Translations under genes and position numbers: made by a program | Notes under the pieces: generated by a model | What the model was told of the DNA's origin: nothing | Database searches by the model: none | What the model saw: only the letters and a program-made list of their open reading frames with translations | Shown here: piece by piece, positions 15,911 to 25,668 of the stretch | Layout: every line of letters begins with the position of its first letter | Position numbering within the stretch: the first letter of the stretch is position 1 | From: an uncultured Methanosarcinales archaeon | Lineage (GTDB): Archaea > Nanobdellota > Nanobdellia > Woesearchaeales > CAYGWL01 | Length of the DNA: 26,196 bases | Direction: 5' to 3' | Assembly: GCA_964353575.1 (NCBI GenBank) | Contig: CAYGWL010000155.1 | Location: 1 to 26,196, forward strand

Positions 15911-16728
15911 AGGTTCACCATTGGTCTTGTGCCTCTTATGAGGGATATGAAGCTCAGCTGTATTACTGCGATAAAGAAGAGCAGGGAAAAGAGGAGGCCT
16001 TGGCTTATCTCAAGCTGTATAAATCCTGACAGTATTATGAACATGGTCACTCCTATGGAGGGCATTACGCAGGCAATGACCATGTAGAACATCATGAGGG
16101 AGTTGAGTTTTTTTGAATATGCCTTTATCTCAAGTATCTGCTCCTCGGTTATTGATTTGAGTGTTGCCCTTAAGGGGTCGGCAACATCTGCGCCTGTATT
16201 TAATGACGTAATGATTTGCCATAGTATCCTCTTGAACTTGTCAGATGCATTATATTCCCGTGCAGTTTCAAGGGCTTCCTCTATGGGCGTTCCTGTGTTT
16301 ATTTCATCAACTATCTCCTTGAAATATTCTGCGCACACACCATAGCTCTTTGAGGCATCTATCAATGTGTTGAACAAAGGGTATCCTGATTCCATCTTCA
16401 CCAGGAGATATCTTCCAGCAAAGAGTACCTCCTTGTTTATCTCGCGCTCGCGCTTGCTTATCATGCCGTAGGGCGTCTGCAGTATGAAGAAAATGGTGAA
16501 GGTAAAAGTGAGAGGGAAAACAATGAGCAGCCAAACCAAGGGTATTTCAAGCCTGTCAAACATGAAGAACATGAGCACAGTCATGGCTATTCCTGAAAAA
16601 AGTGCAAGTCTCAGCCCTTTAGCCACAAATTCTTTGGGATTCTGCTTTACCTTGGCTATTCTCAGAAGCCTCTTAAGTCCGGGATTTCCCTTGATTATGT
16701 ATCCTGCCAGATCAAAAATAAGCGCCAC
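15907..16728 (-). CDS. Type II secretion system F-family membrane platform (TadB/TadC-like)
   Basis: EINKEVLFAGRYLLVKMESGYPLFNTL...EIVDEINTGTPIEEALE...TGADVADPL with TM segments. Confidence 0.9.
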   Translation of the reverse strand: MALIFDLAGYIIKGNPGLKRLLRIAKVKQNPKEFVAKGLRLALFSGIAMTVLMFFMFDRLEIPLVWLLIVFPLTFTFTIFFILQTPYGMISKREREINKEVLFAGRYLLVKMESGYPLFNTLIDASKSYGVCAEYFKEIVDEINTGTPIEEALETAREYNASDKFKRILWQIITSLNTGADVADPLRATLKSITEEQILEIKAYSKKLNSLMMFYMVIACVMPSIGVTMFIILSGFIQLEISQGLLFSLLFFIAVIQLSFISLIRGTRPMVNL

Positions 16729-16744
16729 CTCTCTTATTGAAAAT

Positions 16745-16894
16745 TTTAATTATTAAATGTTATTTTTTGTTTTCATTGTTATTGTTTTTTATTTTTGTTT
16801 TTATTGTTGTTGTTGTTATTATTATTTTTTTGTTTTGTTATTATTTTTTATTTTATTATCATACTTTTTATTTTCATTAATTCCGTTTTCTTAT
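16745..16894 (-). repeat. A-rich (AAT/AAC)n low-complexity intergenic spacer
   Basis: Sense (minus) strand reads ...AATAATAATAACAACAACAACAATAAAAACAAAAATAAAAAACAATAACAATGAAAACAAAAAATAACA..., with no usable ORF. Confidence 0.75.
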
Positions 16895-18343
16895 TCAAAT
16901 CTTCAGTTCTCCTACGTAATACTTCGCCATGAGCTTGCCTATTTCATTAACATCAACTATGTTGCGGCTGACCATCCATTTGAGTATCTCAATCTTTCCG
17001 TCTATGTCCTTCTTTATCTCAGGAGGCGTCATGCCAGTATAAAGGTTTAGAGTTTCTAAAATTCTTTTTGCCTCTCTCAGCTTAACGAGCTTGTCTTTTG
17101 AGACATCGAGCTGCATTAGCACGTTCGGGTCGCCCTCAGGTGTTACCTCAGCTATCTGCAATGTTCTCCTCAGCCCGGTTCTTCTGTTCCTGTTCTGCAC
17201 AACTATCATGGATATTACTCCAATCATGCTCTTGTGGACATTTATTGGCGGGTTGGTAAGCCTGGTAATGGTCTCCTCTGCGTTGTTTGCATGCACTGTT
17301 GTGTAAACACTGTGTCCTGTGTGCATTGCCTCGAACAAAACTTCTGCTTCTCTCTGGCGCCTTATCTCTCCCACAATTATCCTGTCAGGCCTCATTCTCA
17401 GTGAGTTTACAACAAGGTCAAGCATTGTGACCTCGCCTTTGCCTTCAGGATTAGGCAGTCTTGTTTCCATTGGAACCCAGTGCAGGCTTTCAGGCAAAGT
17501 AAGTTCTCTGGTGTCCTCTATGGATATTATTCTCTGGTTTGGCGGGAAAAAGTTTGCTATTGCATTCAGTGCAGAGGTCTTTCCGGATGCTGTGCCTCCT
17601 GCGATTATTGTGGACAGCTCGTTCTGAACACCCAGCCAAATCCATGCAGCTGCCTCAAGATTAAGGGTGTTGTTTTTTATGAAGTCTGTTATTGACCATG
17701 GCTTGCTGGCAAACTTTCTTATGGTTATTGTGTTTCCCTTGGTTGATATTGGCGTGAGGGTGGCATTGACCCTGTCTCCTGTTGTCAGGTAAGCATCCAT
17801 GAGAGGCTTAAGCAGGGTTATTTCTTTTCCCACATCCCTTCCTATCATGGTTGCGTAGTGCCTTATCCTGGATTCTTTTGGTATTGTAACGTTTGTCTTG
17901 AGCCATCCGTGCTTTCTGTGGTAAACCCAGACAGGCTCCCTGGATGTGTTGACAACTATTTCCTCAAGGTCAGGGTCTTTCAGCAGGATTTCTATATTTC
18001 CAAGTCCTATGTTCTGCTGTATCACGTGGTTCATGAGCAGGTCTGTTGTCCTTTTGTCTATGTTTGGGAAGTATTTTTTTATGAGAAGCAGGATTTCCTC
18101 CCTGAACCTCTCCTTTATGTCCTCAAGACCAGCAGTTTCTGATATGTTTATGGAGCCAATCTGCACCAATGATATGAATTCCTGCCTGAGCTTCTCAAGT
18201 ATTATCTTGGTTGTGGGGCTTATGTTCAATATTGAGATATTATATGTGGGAGTAACTTCTCCCTCTTCCCAGTAGATGTTAACATCAACTATCATTGAAT
18301 TTACATTCATCTTGTAGCTGTCAATCATTCGTATTTTTTCCAT
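16895..18343 (-). CDS. Type IV pilus/secretion ATPase (CpaF/TadA/FlaI-VirB11 family)
   Basis: Walker A GGTASGKTS, Asp box SIEDTREL, Walker B LRMRPDRIIVGEIR, His box MHTGHSVYTTVHA. Confidence 0.95.
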   Translation of the reverse strand: MEKIRMIDSYKMNVNSMIVDVNIYWEEGEVTPTYNISILNISPTTKIILEKLRQEFISLVQIGSINISETAGLEDIKERFREEILLLIKKYFPNIDKRTTDLLMNHVIQQNIGLGNIEILLKDPDLEEIVVNTSREPVWVYHRKHGWLKTNVTIPKESRIRHYATMIGRDVGKEITLLKPLMDAYLTTGDRVNATLTPISTKGNTITIRKFASKPWSITDFIKNNTLNLEAAAWIWLGVQNELSTIIAGGTASGKTSALNAIANFFPPNQRIISIEDTRELTLPESLHWVPMETRLPNPEGKGEVTMLDLVVNSLRMRPDRIIVGEIRRQREAEVLFEAMHTGHSVYTTVHANNAEETITRLTNPPINVHKSMIGVISMIVVQNRNRRTGLRRTLQIAEVTPEGDPNVLMQLDVSKDKLVKLREAKRILETLNLYTGMTPPEIKKDIDGKIEILKWMVSRNIVDVNEIGKLMAKYYVGELKI

Positions 18344-18344
18344 G

Positions 18345-20309
18345 TTATCCTACCGGCATTGGTTCTGCGTGTGTGGCTGTTTTTAGGGTGGCTATCATTT
18401 CATGCACATCATACTTTGTTTTCTCAACTTCCTGCGACTTCTTCCTAACACTGCCTATCTGCGATATGTTCTGCTCAACAAAATCAAAGAGTGTCTTGTC
18501 CTCAGGGCACTTTTTTCTTAGCTCGTTACTAAGTTTTTGTATCTCAAACGTTCTATCGCTGAGAATTGGAGGGCTCTTTTGCCTTGCAAGAGTTATAGTG
18601 TTTAAAGTGTCCTTGTAAAGATTGAACTCCTGCCTTAAGAGGTTTATCCTCTTTGCAATTGCAGGGTTTTTTTCCACAAAGCCAACAGGCAGCTCTGCGA
18701 ACATTTTTTCAAGTTCATTGAAATGTATCTCGATTGACTCAAACTTCTGGCTCTCTATGTCCTTGTGTATCTGGACCATTAATTGCAGCAGCTCGTTGTA
18801 TTTGTCATTTGCTGCAGGAGTTGCTCTAAGCAAATCTGTGTCAACATCCACCAGGTTCTGCCTGTAAAGTTCAAGTATCCTGTGCCTGAGCTCTGCCTTT
18901 TTCTGGGAGAAGCCAGGAGGAAGCTGGTTGTATTCCTCAACAGCCTTGTTGTAGAGGTTCTGCGCAGAGTCATATTTTTTTAGTTTTGCATACCTGAAGG
19001 CCTTGTCAAGCATTCTGTCTATGTCCACTATCCTGAGCTCTGCGCTCTTAGCCATAACATCGTCTGATTTTGTTGTGAGCTCCTCGTAAGCCTTCAGGAT
19101 TTCCAGCTGGATGTCTGTTTTTTCCTTCATAAATCCCTGCGGCAGCTGGGAGTAAAGAAGCTTTATGTTATCATAGATTTGCTCAGCAACCCCGAACTTG
19201 TTCTGCTGGAGGTTTGCTCTCAGCTCCTTTATGAGCTCCCTTATCTTGGAGGAGTTTTTCTCCAGCTTTGCTTTTGATGCCTCCCTGTATTTTTTTATAA
19301 GCTCATCATAAATCCCAAAGATGCCTTCCTGGAGCTTTATCCTATCGTCAAGGAATCCGTTGGGCAGGCTCTGGTAAACGCTTCCTATCTCCTCATACAA
19401 GCTTATTCCGTAGTTTATGTTTCCCTGGACAATGCAATCCTTAATCCCCTTTATGAGCTCCCTTATCCTCTTCTCTTTTGAATAAAACTCGCTGGATGAG
19501 CGCTGCCTCTGCAACTTTGAAAGGAACTCGTAAAGCTTTATCATGTGCCCCTGAAGCTCCTTCTTCTCACTGAAAAATCCTTCAGGAAGCTTTTCAAACT
19601 CTGTCTTCATCTCGTTGTATTTCTTTATTGCCTCGTCTATATTGTCCTTCTTGATGCCCTGGTCAGCTCCCTTGAGAAGCGACCTTATATTCTTTGATGC
19701 CTGGTCCATGCGCTGTATTGCAAACTTGTCAATCTTTAATCCAAGGTCCTTGTTGAGCTTGACCAGGCTCTGTTCTATCTCCTTCTTTTTTTCCAAGAAA
19801 TCCTTTGGAAGAGCGTAATACACTCCTTTTATCTGGTTATAAATCTCCTGCGCGTTGTCAAACTCCCCGTTTTTAAGGTGGTCATAAGCTCGGTCAAGAA
19901 GGAAGTTTATGTCCTCTGCCTTTTTCATGACATGGGTGACTTCTTTCACCCAAGGCTTTTTCTTCAAATCCTGAATCTCTAATTCCTGAATCTCTTTTTC
20001 CTTTGCTCGCTCTATTGGCTCTTTTTGCTCTTCTTTCTCAAGCATAACAGGAAGCTCTGGCTCATCAAGTTTTCTTGCCTTAGGAACATAAACCATGTAA
20101 GGTGTTGTCATCTGATATTTTATTGAAAGCAAGCCCTCTTCCTCAAGGAAAGTTGCCCATGCCTCAAGCGTTGCCTGAGGAACACCGAGCTTTTTTGCAG
20201 CATCAGCCATAGAAATCTCTTTAACATCCTCCAGGAGTTTCATTAGGAGGTCTGCTTCTGTCTTTACAGTCTCCTGCTTGAAATGAAACTTATTCTCGTT
20301 ATCTTCCAT
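18345..20309 (-). CDS. Large helical-repeat protein with N-terminal winged-helix-like segment, first gene of the pilus operon
   Basis: N-terminus ISMADAAKKLGVPQATLEAWATFLEEEGLLSIKY is HTH/wing-like. There are six repeats of about 74 aa centred on LPKDF/LPEGF/LPNGF/LPQGF/LPPGF/LPVGF. The stop lies 1 nt from the ATPase start. Confidence 0.8.
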   Translation of the reverse strand: MEDNENKFHFKQETVKTEADLLMKLLEDVKEISMADAAKKLGVPQATLEAWATFLEEEGLLSIKYQMTTPYMVYVPKARKLDEPELPVMLEKEEQKEPIERAKEKEIQELEIQDLKKKPWVKEVTHVMKKAEDINFLLDRAYDHLKNGEFDNAQEIYNQIKGVYYALPKDFLEKKKEIEQSLVKLNKDLGLKIDKFAIQRMDQASKNIRSLLKGADQGIKKDNIDEAIKKYNEMKTEFEKLPEGFFSEKKELQGHMIKLYEFLSKLQRQRSSSEFYSKEKRIRELIKGIKDCIVQGNINYGISLYEEIGSVYQSLPNGFLDDRIKLQEGIFGIYDELIKKYREASKAKLEKNSSKIRELIKELRANLQQNKFGVAEQIYDNIKLLYSQLPQGFMKEKTDIQLEILKAYEELTTKSDDVMAKSAELRIVDIDRMLDKAFRYAKLKKYDSAQNLYNKAVEEYNQLPPGFSQKKAELRHRILELYRQNLVDVDTDLLRATPAANDKYNELLQLMVQIHKDIESQKFESIEIHFNELEKMFAELPVGFVEKNPAIAKRINLLRQEFNLYKDTLNTITLARQKSPPILSDRTFEIQKLSNELRKKCPEDKTLFDFVEQNISQIGSVRKKSQEVEKTKYDVHEMIATLKTATHAEPMPVG

Positions 20310-20480
20310 TTTTATAGTTATAACTACTACTGTGACTAAATAAAAGTAAAGTTAATAAAGATTTATAACTACTAAAAAATAGGTTAATTTTTAGGGCAAA
20401 GTCAATTTTGCTATTAATTACTTAAGTTGACTTTACCTATTTTCAAAAAATTTTTAAATAGATCACTTTTACTAATCTTA

Positions 20481-20864
20481 ATGGTTCTTCAAAAGCCCAA
20501 GAGCATGGAGGAATGCGTCTACTACACATACAGGGACCTTGACGGTGGAGAAGTAACTGTGTGGGTTTTAAGGCAGAAGTGCCCAAAATGCAAAAAGGCA
20601 TACATGGGAAAACCGAGAAGTGCCAATGGAAAGGTCAAGACAAGGGCAAATGAATATGTTTGTTATGAGTGCGGCTACAAGGTTGAAAAGCAGGAGTATG
20701 AAGATTCTTTGACCGCTAACATTGATTATTCCTGCCCCAAGTGCAAGAACAAAGGAGAGATTCAGATTCCTTTCAAAAGAAAGAACATAGGCGGGGCTAT
20801 GGCTCTGAGATTCCAGTGCCAGAAATGCAACGCTAATATTGATGTAACGAGAAAGATGAAGTAG
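20481..20864 (+). CDS. Double zinc-ribbon protein of unknown function
   Basis: Four CXXC pairs (CPKC, CYEC, CPKC, CQKC). The start is more likely the ATG at 20481 (MVLQKPKSMEEC) than the TTG at 20427. Confidence 0.75.
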   Translation: MVLQKPKSMEECVYYTYRDLDGGEVTVWVLRQKCPKCKKAYMGKPRSANGKVKTRANEYVCYECGYKVEKQEYEDSLTANIDYSCPKCKNKGEIQIPFKRKNIGGAMALRFQCQKCNANIDVTRKMK

Positions 20865-20878
20865 CAGCAAATAATCTT

Positions 20879-21400
20879 CTAAGAGTATTTTTTAATTAAT
20901 TTTTGGTAATTATTTTTAACAAATTTTCTTGCAAAATCAAAGTCAATATCTGAGTAAGCTTTCTTTAATACACTAAGAATTCGCTTTTTGTTATTTTTTA
21001 ATATATTTTCAAAATACCATTCCCTGCCTTCTGAAGTGCCCATAATTAAACTTGTATTGTCAGCTGAACTTAAAATTCTTGCTTCAATGGATTTAAAATT
21101 CTCATATTTTATGCATTCAACAACTTTTTTAATCTTGTTTTTACCAAATCCTATTTTTTCAAGAAATGTTTTAGCCAGCTTCGCGCTTATTTCTTCATGT
21201 CCTGGTGCAAGCAGTTTTGCTTTTCCAATGTCATGTAAGAGTGCAGAAACTTCAACAACATCTTTGTCACCGCCAACTTTTCCTTGAATCATGAGAGCAA
21301 ATTCCCTAACTTCTAAAGTATGTTTCCAATAAAAATCCTTAGATGTCCATGTGAACAATTTTGCGTATTCTTCAATTTGTCTCCTTAATTTGCCATTCAT
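20879..21400 (-). CDS. HD-domain metal-dependent phosphohydrolase
   Basis: WKHTLEV...VSALLHDIGK...GHEEISA...SADN. Start set at the ATG at 21400 (MNGKLRRQIEEY). The coding region is visibly AT-rich. Confidence 0.8.
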   Translation of the reverse strand: MNGKLRRQIEEYAKLFTWTSKDFYWKHTLEVREFALMIQGKVGGDKDVVEVSALLHDIGKAKLLAPGHEEISAKLAKTFLEKIGFGKNKIKKVVECIKYENFKSIEARILSSADNTSLIMGTSEGREWYFENILKNNKKRILSVLKKAYSDIDFDFARKFVKNNYQKLIKKYS

Positions 21401-21496
21401 GAAAATTATTTGTTTTAAATTATTTAATAATCTTTTGTTAAAGTGTTTATGCATTATCAGTAAACTATATAAAGGACTACCACTTAACTTTCATTG

Positions 21497-23602
21497 ATGA
21501 AAAAGAACAGGATACTTGTAACAAGCGCTTTGCCCTATGTAAACAATGTTCCTCATCTTGGCAACCTGGTGTGCATAATCTCTGGAGATGTTTACACCCG
21601 CTTTTTAAGGATGACTGGAGAAAATGTTCTCTCTGTTCTAGGCACTGATGAGCACGGCACAACAACAGAAGTTAAGGCATTAGCAGAGGGCTTGTCTCCA
21701 AGGGAGATAGTTGACAAATACTTTGAGCTACACAAAAAGGTTTACAAATGGTTCCTGTGCGATTATGACTGCTTTGGAAGAACCTCTTCAAAGAAAAACC
21801 ATGAAATAACCCAGGACATATTCATAAAGCTATTCAGAAAGGGCTATATTATAGAGCAGGAGCTTGAGCAGGCTTATTGCGGAAGCTGCCAAAAATTTCT
21901 TGCAGACAGGTTTGTTGAAGGAACCTGCCCATATTGCAGCTATGAGCATGCAAAAGGCGACCAGTGCGAGAACTGCGGAAAGCTGCTCAATGCACTTGAG
22001 CTTAAAGAGCCGAAATGCGTTGTATGTAGTTCAAAGCCAATAGCTGAAAACAGCAATCATCTCTTCCTTAATCTGCCAAAGCTTGCGCCAAAGCTCAAGC
22101 GTTGGATGAAAAAGGTGGAGAAGGACTGGACAGAGAATGCAAGAACCATGACCTATGCATGGCTAAAGGAAGGATTGAAGCCAAGGTGCATAACCAGAGA
22201 CCTTAAATGGGGAATACCCGTTCCTTTGAAAGGCTTTGAAACAAAGGTTTTCTACTCATGGTTTGATGCTCCTATCGGCTATATCTCAATAACAGCTGAG
22301 TGCAGGGATGACTGGAAGAAGTGGTGGATGGAGAAGGACACCAAGCTGGTGCAGTTCATGGGAAAGGACAACGTGCCATTCCATTCAATACTATTCCCGA
22401 GCTCGCTCATAGGAACAGGCGATGACTGGGTTCTGGTGAGTGTTTTGTGCGCCAATGAATACCTCAACTATGAAACAGGGCAGTTCTCCAAGTCAAGAAA
22501 CATAGGTGTCTTTGGAGATGATGCAATGAACATGGGCATATCAGCAGATGCCTGGCGCTATTATCTTATGATAAACAGGCCAGAGAAGACTGACTCTCAA
22601 TTCTCGTGGAAGGATTTCCAGGAAAAGATAAACAATGAACTGGTTGCAAACATAGGAAACCTGGTGAACAGGACAATATGCTTCATAAACCAGTTTTATG
22701 ACTCAAAAGTTCCGCAACTAAAGAAAAAGGAGATTAACATTGACAAAGAAGTCAAGGCCATAACAGAGCTAATGGAAAATATTGAACTGAAAAAGGCGCT
22801 CAAGGAGATAATGGCTGTGTCAAAGAAGGGAAACCAGTATTTCCAGAACAGCAAGCCATGGGAGGAGATAAAGAAGAACAAGGAGAAGGCAGACAACACT
22901 ATAGCAAACCTTGTTAATCTTGTAAAAGACCTCTCAATACTAATACAGCCATACATGCCAAACACATCAAAGGAGATTCAGGAGCAGCTCAACATAAAAG
23001 AGCTTGAATGGAGCAGCATAGGAAAAGACACCATAAAACCAGGGCACAAGGTAGCAAAGGCACATCCATTATTCAATAAGCGTGAGGGCAAGGATGTTGA
23101 AGAGTTTAAGGTTAAATATTCCGGGAAAAGAAAGGACGAATTTGAAAAGCTTGACCTGAGGGTTGCAAGGATAGACAAGGCAGAGGACCATCCCAAGGCA
23201 GACAAGCTCGTAATTCTTGAAATCAGTTTGGGAAAAGAGAAGAGGACATTGGTAGCAGGCGTAAGGCAGCACTACAGGAACATAGAACTACTGGGAAAAC
23301 ACATAATAGTGTTAACAAACCTTAAGCCAGCAGTTTTAAGGGATGTTAAGAGTGAAGGCATGCTGCTCGCAGGACAGAAGGGAGAAGATGTCAGGCTGCT
23401 TCTTGCATCGGAAAGCAAGCCAGGAGACAAGGTCTACATGGAGGGCTTGTCAAGGGAGCCGGAGAAAGAGATAACAATAGAGGAATTCCAGAAGATAAAG
23501 CTGACAACAAAGCAGAACAAGATAGTCTACAAAAACCATTTCCTGAGAACAGAGAAGGAATACGTGACAGTTGACATAGGCGATAATGCTGTTGTGAGAT
23601 AA
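21497..23602 (+). CDS. metG: Methionine--tRNA ligase with C-terminal tRNA-binding (Trbp111/EMAP-like) domain
   Basis: TSALPYVNNVPHLGN (HIGH), GTDEHG, two Zn knuckles, FMGKDNVPFH, QFSKSR (KMSKS), C-terminal LDLRVARI...HPKADKL...SEGMLLA. A TATA-like AAACTATATAAA lies about 24 nt upstream of the ATG at 21497. Confidence 0.97.
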   Translation: MKKNRILVTSALPYVNNVPHLGNLVCIISGDVYTRFLRMTGENVLSVLGTDEHGTTTEVKALAEGLSPREIVDKYFELHKKVYKWFLCDYDCFGRTSSKKNHEITQDIFIKLFRKGYIIEQELEQAYCGSCQKFLADRFVEGTCPYCSYEHAKGDQCENCGKLLNALELKEPKCVVCSSKPIAENSNHLFLNLPKLAPKLKRWMKKVEKDWTENARTMTYAWLKEGLKPRCITRDLKWGIPVPLKGFETKVFYSWFDAPIGYISITAECRDDWKKWWMEKDTKLVQFMGKDNVPFHSILFPSSLIGTGDDWVLVSVLCANEYLNYETGQFSKSRNIGVFGDDAMNMGISADAWRYYLMINRPEKTDSQFSWKDFQEKINNELVANIGNLVNRTICFINQFYDSKVPQLKKKEINIDKEVKAITELMENIELKKALKEIMAVSKKGNQYFQNSKPWEEIKKNKEKADNTIANLVNLVKDLSILIQPYMPNTSKEIQEQLNIKELEWSSIGKDTIKPGHKVAKAHPLFNKREGKDVEEFKVKYSGKRKDEFEKLDLRVARIDKAEDHPKADKLVILEISLGKEKRTLVAGVRQHYRNIELLGKHIIVLTNLKPAVLRDVKSEGMLLAGQKGEDVRLLLASESKPGDKVYMEGLSREPEKEITIEEFQKIKLTTKQNKIVYKNHFLRTEKEYVTVDIGDNAVVR

Positions 23603-23619
23603 AATTCTTGTTAATTAAA

Positions 23620-23705
23620 TATAAATAATTTTTGGAGTAATAAAAATAATAATAACAATAATAAAAACAACAATAACAATGATAACACTGAAAAAATAAC
23701 AATTC
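23620..23705 (+). repeat. A-rich (AAT/AAC)n low-complexity intergenic spacer
   Basis: ...AATAATAATAACAATAATAAAAACAACAATAACAATGATAACACTGAAAAAATAACA... between metG and ZPR1. Confidence 0.7.
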
Positions 23706-23750
23706 CATCACCAAAAACTATATATACCCAATACTTTATCAGGATGGCGC

Positions 23751-24293
23751 ATGGAAAAGCCAGCAGAGCTCAAGAACCAGCCTTGTCCTATTTGCCGTGA
23801 AAATGCTTTAACGCTTATAGAAGAGGAATATGAGATTCCATTCTTCGGCAAGGCTTACTTATTCTCCATGACATGCTCCAAGTGCAAGTTCCACAATGCA
23901 GATGTTGAGGCAGCAGAGCAAAAGCCCGCCTGCAAGTATGAAATAGAGGTTTCTGGTGAAAAGGACATGAAGATAAGGATTGTCAAGTCAAGCCAGGCAA
24001 CATTGAAGATTCCTTATGTTGTTGAGGTAACTCCAGGACCTGCTTGTGAAGGTTATATAAGCAATGTTGAGGGCGTAATCAACAGGGTAAAACAGCAGAT
24101 TGAGTTTGCTAAAGAATCTGAAGACGAGGATGATGAAGCAAAGGACAAGGCAAGAAAGCTAATAAAAAAACTCAACAGGGTTGTGTGGGGCTCTGAAAAG
24201 ATAAGGATAATAATAGAGGACCCAAGCGGAAACAGCGCAATAATAAGCGACAAGGCAAAAGTAAGCCAGCTGAAAGTGAGTCCAAAACAATAA
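23751..24293 (+). CDS. ZPR1-type zinc finger protein (archaeal single-module)
   Basis: CPIC...YEIPFFGKAYLFSMTCSKCKF...IRIVKSSQAT...GYISNVEGVI...IIIEDPSGNSAII. Confidence 0.92.
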   Translation: MEKPAELKNQPCPICRENALTLIEEEYEIPFFGKAYLFSMTCSKCKFHNADVEAAEQKPACKYEIEVSGEKDMKIRIVKSSQATLKIPYVVEVTPGPACEGYISNVEGVINRVKQQIEFAKESEDEDDEAKDKARKLIKKLNRVVWGSEKIRIIIEDPSGNSAIISDKAKVSQLKVSPKQ

Positions 24294-24335
24294 ATTTTAT
24301 AAACAGCAATAATTTTTTTCTTAAAGGGGGTTTTA

Positions 24336-25130
24336 ATGGTAAAAATAGGCATTATTGGAGGCTCAGGTCTTGATGACCCTAAGATTCTCAAAGAAGCCAA
24401 AGACATAGAGGTAAACACACCATTTGGAAAACCATCATCACCCTTAACCATTGGAAAGATTTCAGGGGTTGATGTTGTTTTATTGGCAAGGCACGGAAGA
24501 AAGCACACCATAATGCCGACAAATGTTCCTAATCAGGCAAATATATGGGCATTAAAAGAGCAGGGAGTTACTCACATAATTGCAACAACTGCCTGCGGAA
24601 GCTTAAGAGAGGAGATAAAGCCAGGAGAGCTTGTGCTTGTTGACCAGTTCATTGACAAGACAACAGAGAGGAAGAAAACATTCTACGAAAAGGACAGGGT
24701 TTGCCATATACCAATGGCTGAGCCATTTTGCAAGGAATTGAGAAAATTGTTGTTAGAAAGTGCAGAAGAATTAAAATTAAGATACCATAAGAAGGGAACT
24801 GTTATAACAATAGAAGGTCCAAGATTCTCAACAAGAGCAGAATCTAATATGTTTCGTATGTGGGGCGCTGATGTCATCAACATGAGCACTGTTCCAGAGG
24901 CTGTTCTTGCAAGGGAAGCAGGCATATGCTACCAGGTCATTGCAATGGCAACAGATTACGACTGCTTTTTAGAGGACAAGCCTCATGTAACCATTGATGA
25001 AGTTTTGAATGTTATGAAAAAAAATGCTGAGAACGTAAAGAAATTAATAATAGCAACAATACCAAAAATAAAGGAGAACCCTGAATGCAGGTGCAGGCAG
25101 GACATAAAAACAGCAATTATAGGTGGTTAA
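24336..25130 (+). CDS. mtnP: S-methyl-5'-thioadenosine phosphorylase (PNP/MTAP family)
   Basis: [56 protein letters not shown]. Confidence 0.93.
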   Translation: MVKIGIIGGSGLDDPKILKEAKDIEVNTPFGKPSSPLTIGKISGVDVVLLARHGRKHTIMPTNVPNQANIWALKEQGVTHIIATTACGSLREEIKPGELVLVDQFIDKTTERKKTFYEKDRVCHIPMAEPFCKELRKLLLESAEELKLRYHKKGTVITIEGPRFSTRAESNMFRMWGADVINMSTVPEAVLAREAGICYQVIAMATDYDCFLEDKPHVTIDEVLNVMKKNAENVKKLIIATIPKIKENPECRCRQDIKTAIIGG

Positions 25131-25132
25131 AA

Positions 25133-25657
25133 ATGGAACTAAAAGACAAGATAAGAACCATACCGGATTTTCCCAAAAAGGGCATAATGTTCAAGGACAT
25201 AACAACCCTGCTGCAGGACCCTCATGCCTTCAGGCATGTTGTAAGGGAGATGCTGCATTATTTTGACGGCAAGAATGTTAATGTTGTGGTTTCTGCTGAG
25301 AGTCGTGGCTTCATTCTTGGCAGTGTCATGGCTCATGAGCTTCATGCAGGCTTTGTTCCAATGAGGAAGCCTGGAAAGCTTCCTTACAAGACGCTTAAGC
25401 AGGAGTTTGAAACAGAATACAGCAAGGATGCATTTGAAGTGCACGTTGACGCAATAAAAAAAGGCGACAAAGTTCTCATAATAGACGATTTACTGGCAAC
25501 AGGAGGGACAGCAAAGGCAATGGCTGACCTGGTCAGAAAAATGGGAGGGAGTGTTGTTGGCTTGGCATTTCTGATAGAACTGTCCTATTTAAAAGGAAGA
25601 GACATCCTTAAAGGGCATGATGTCTTTTCCCTGATAAAATATGAAACAGAAGAATAA
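25133..25657 (+). CDS. apt: Adenine phosphoribosyltransferase
   Basis: Start at the ATG at 25133. IRTIPDFPKKGIMFKDITTLL, AESRGFI, RKPGKLP, PRPP motif VLIIDDLLATGGT. Confidence 0.95.
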   Translation: MELKDKIRTIPDFPKKGIMFKDITTLLQDPHAFRHVVREMLHYFDGKNVNVVVSAESRGFILGSVMAHELHAGFVPMRKPGKLPYKTLKQEFETEYSKDAFEVHVDAIKKGDKVLIIDDLLATGGTAKAMADLVRKMGGSVVGLAFLIELSYLKGRDILKGHDVFSLIKYETEE

Positions 25658-25668
25658 AGTGAAGTAAA

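Noticed and set aside
16757-17050. Phe/Tyr/Cys-rich ORFs at 16757..17050, 14169..14411 and 23391..23714
   Set aside because: They are antisense translations of A-rich low-complexity spacers.
12377-20309. Archaellum operon
   Set aside because: No archaellin (FlaB) signature and no FlaH/FlaF/FlaG. Two separate TadB/C genes and KAQ pilins indicate a type IV/Tad-like pilus.
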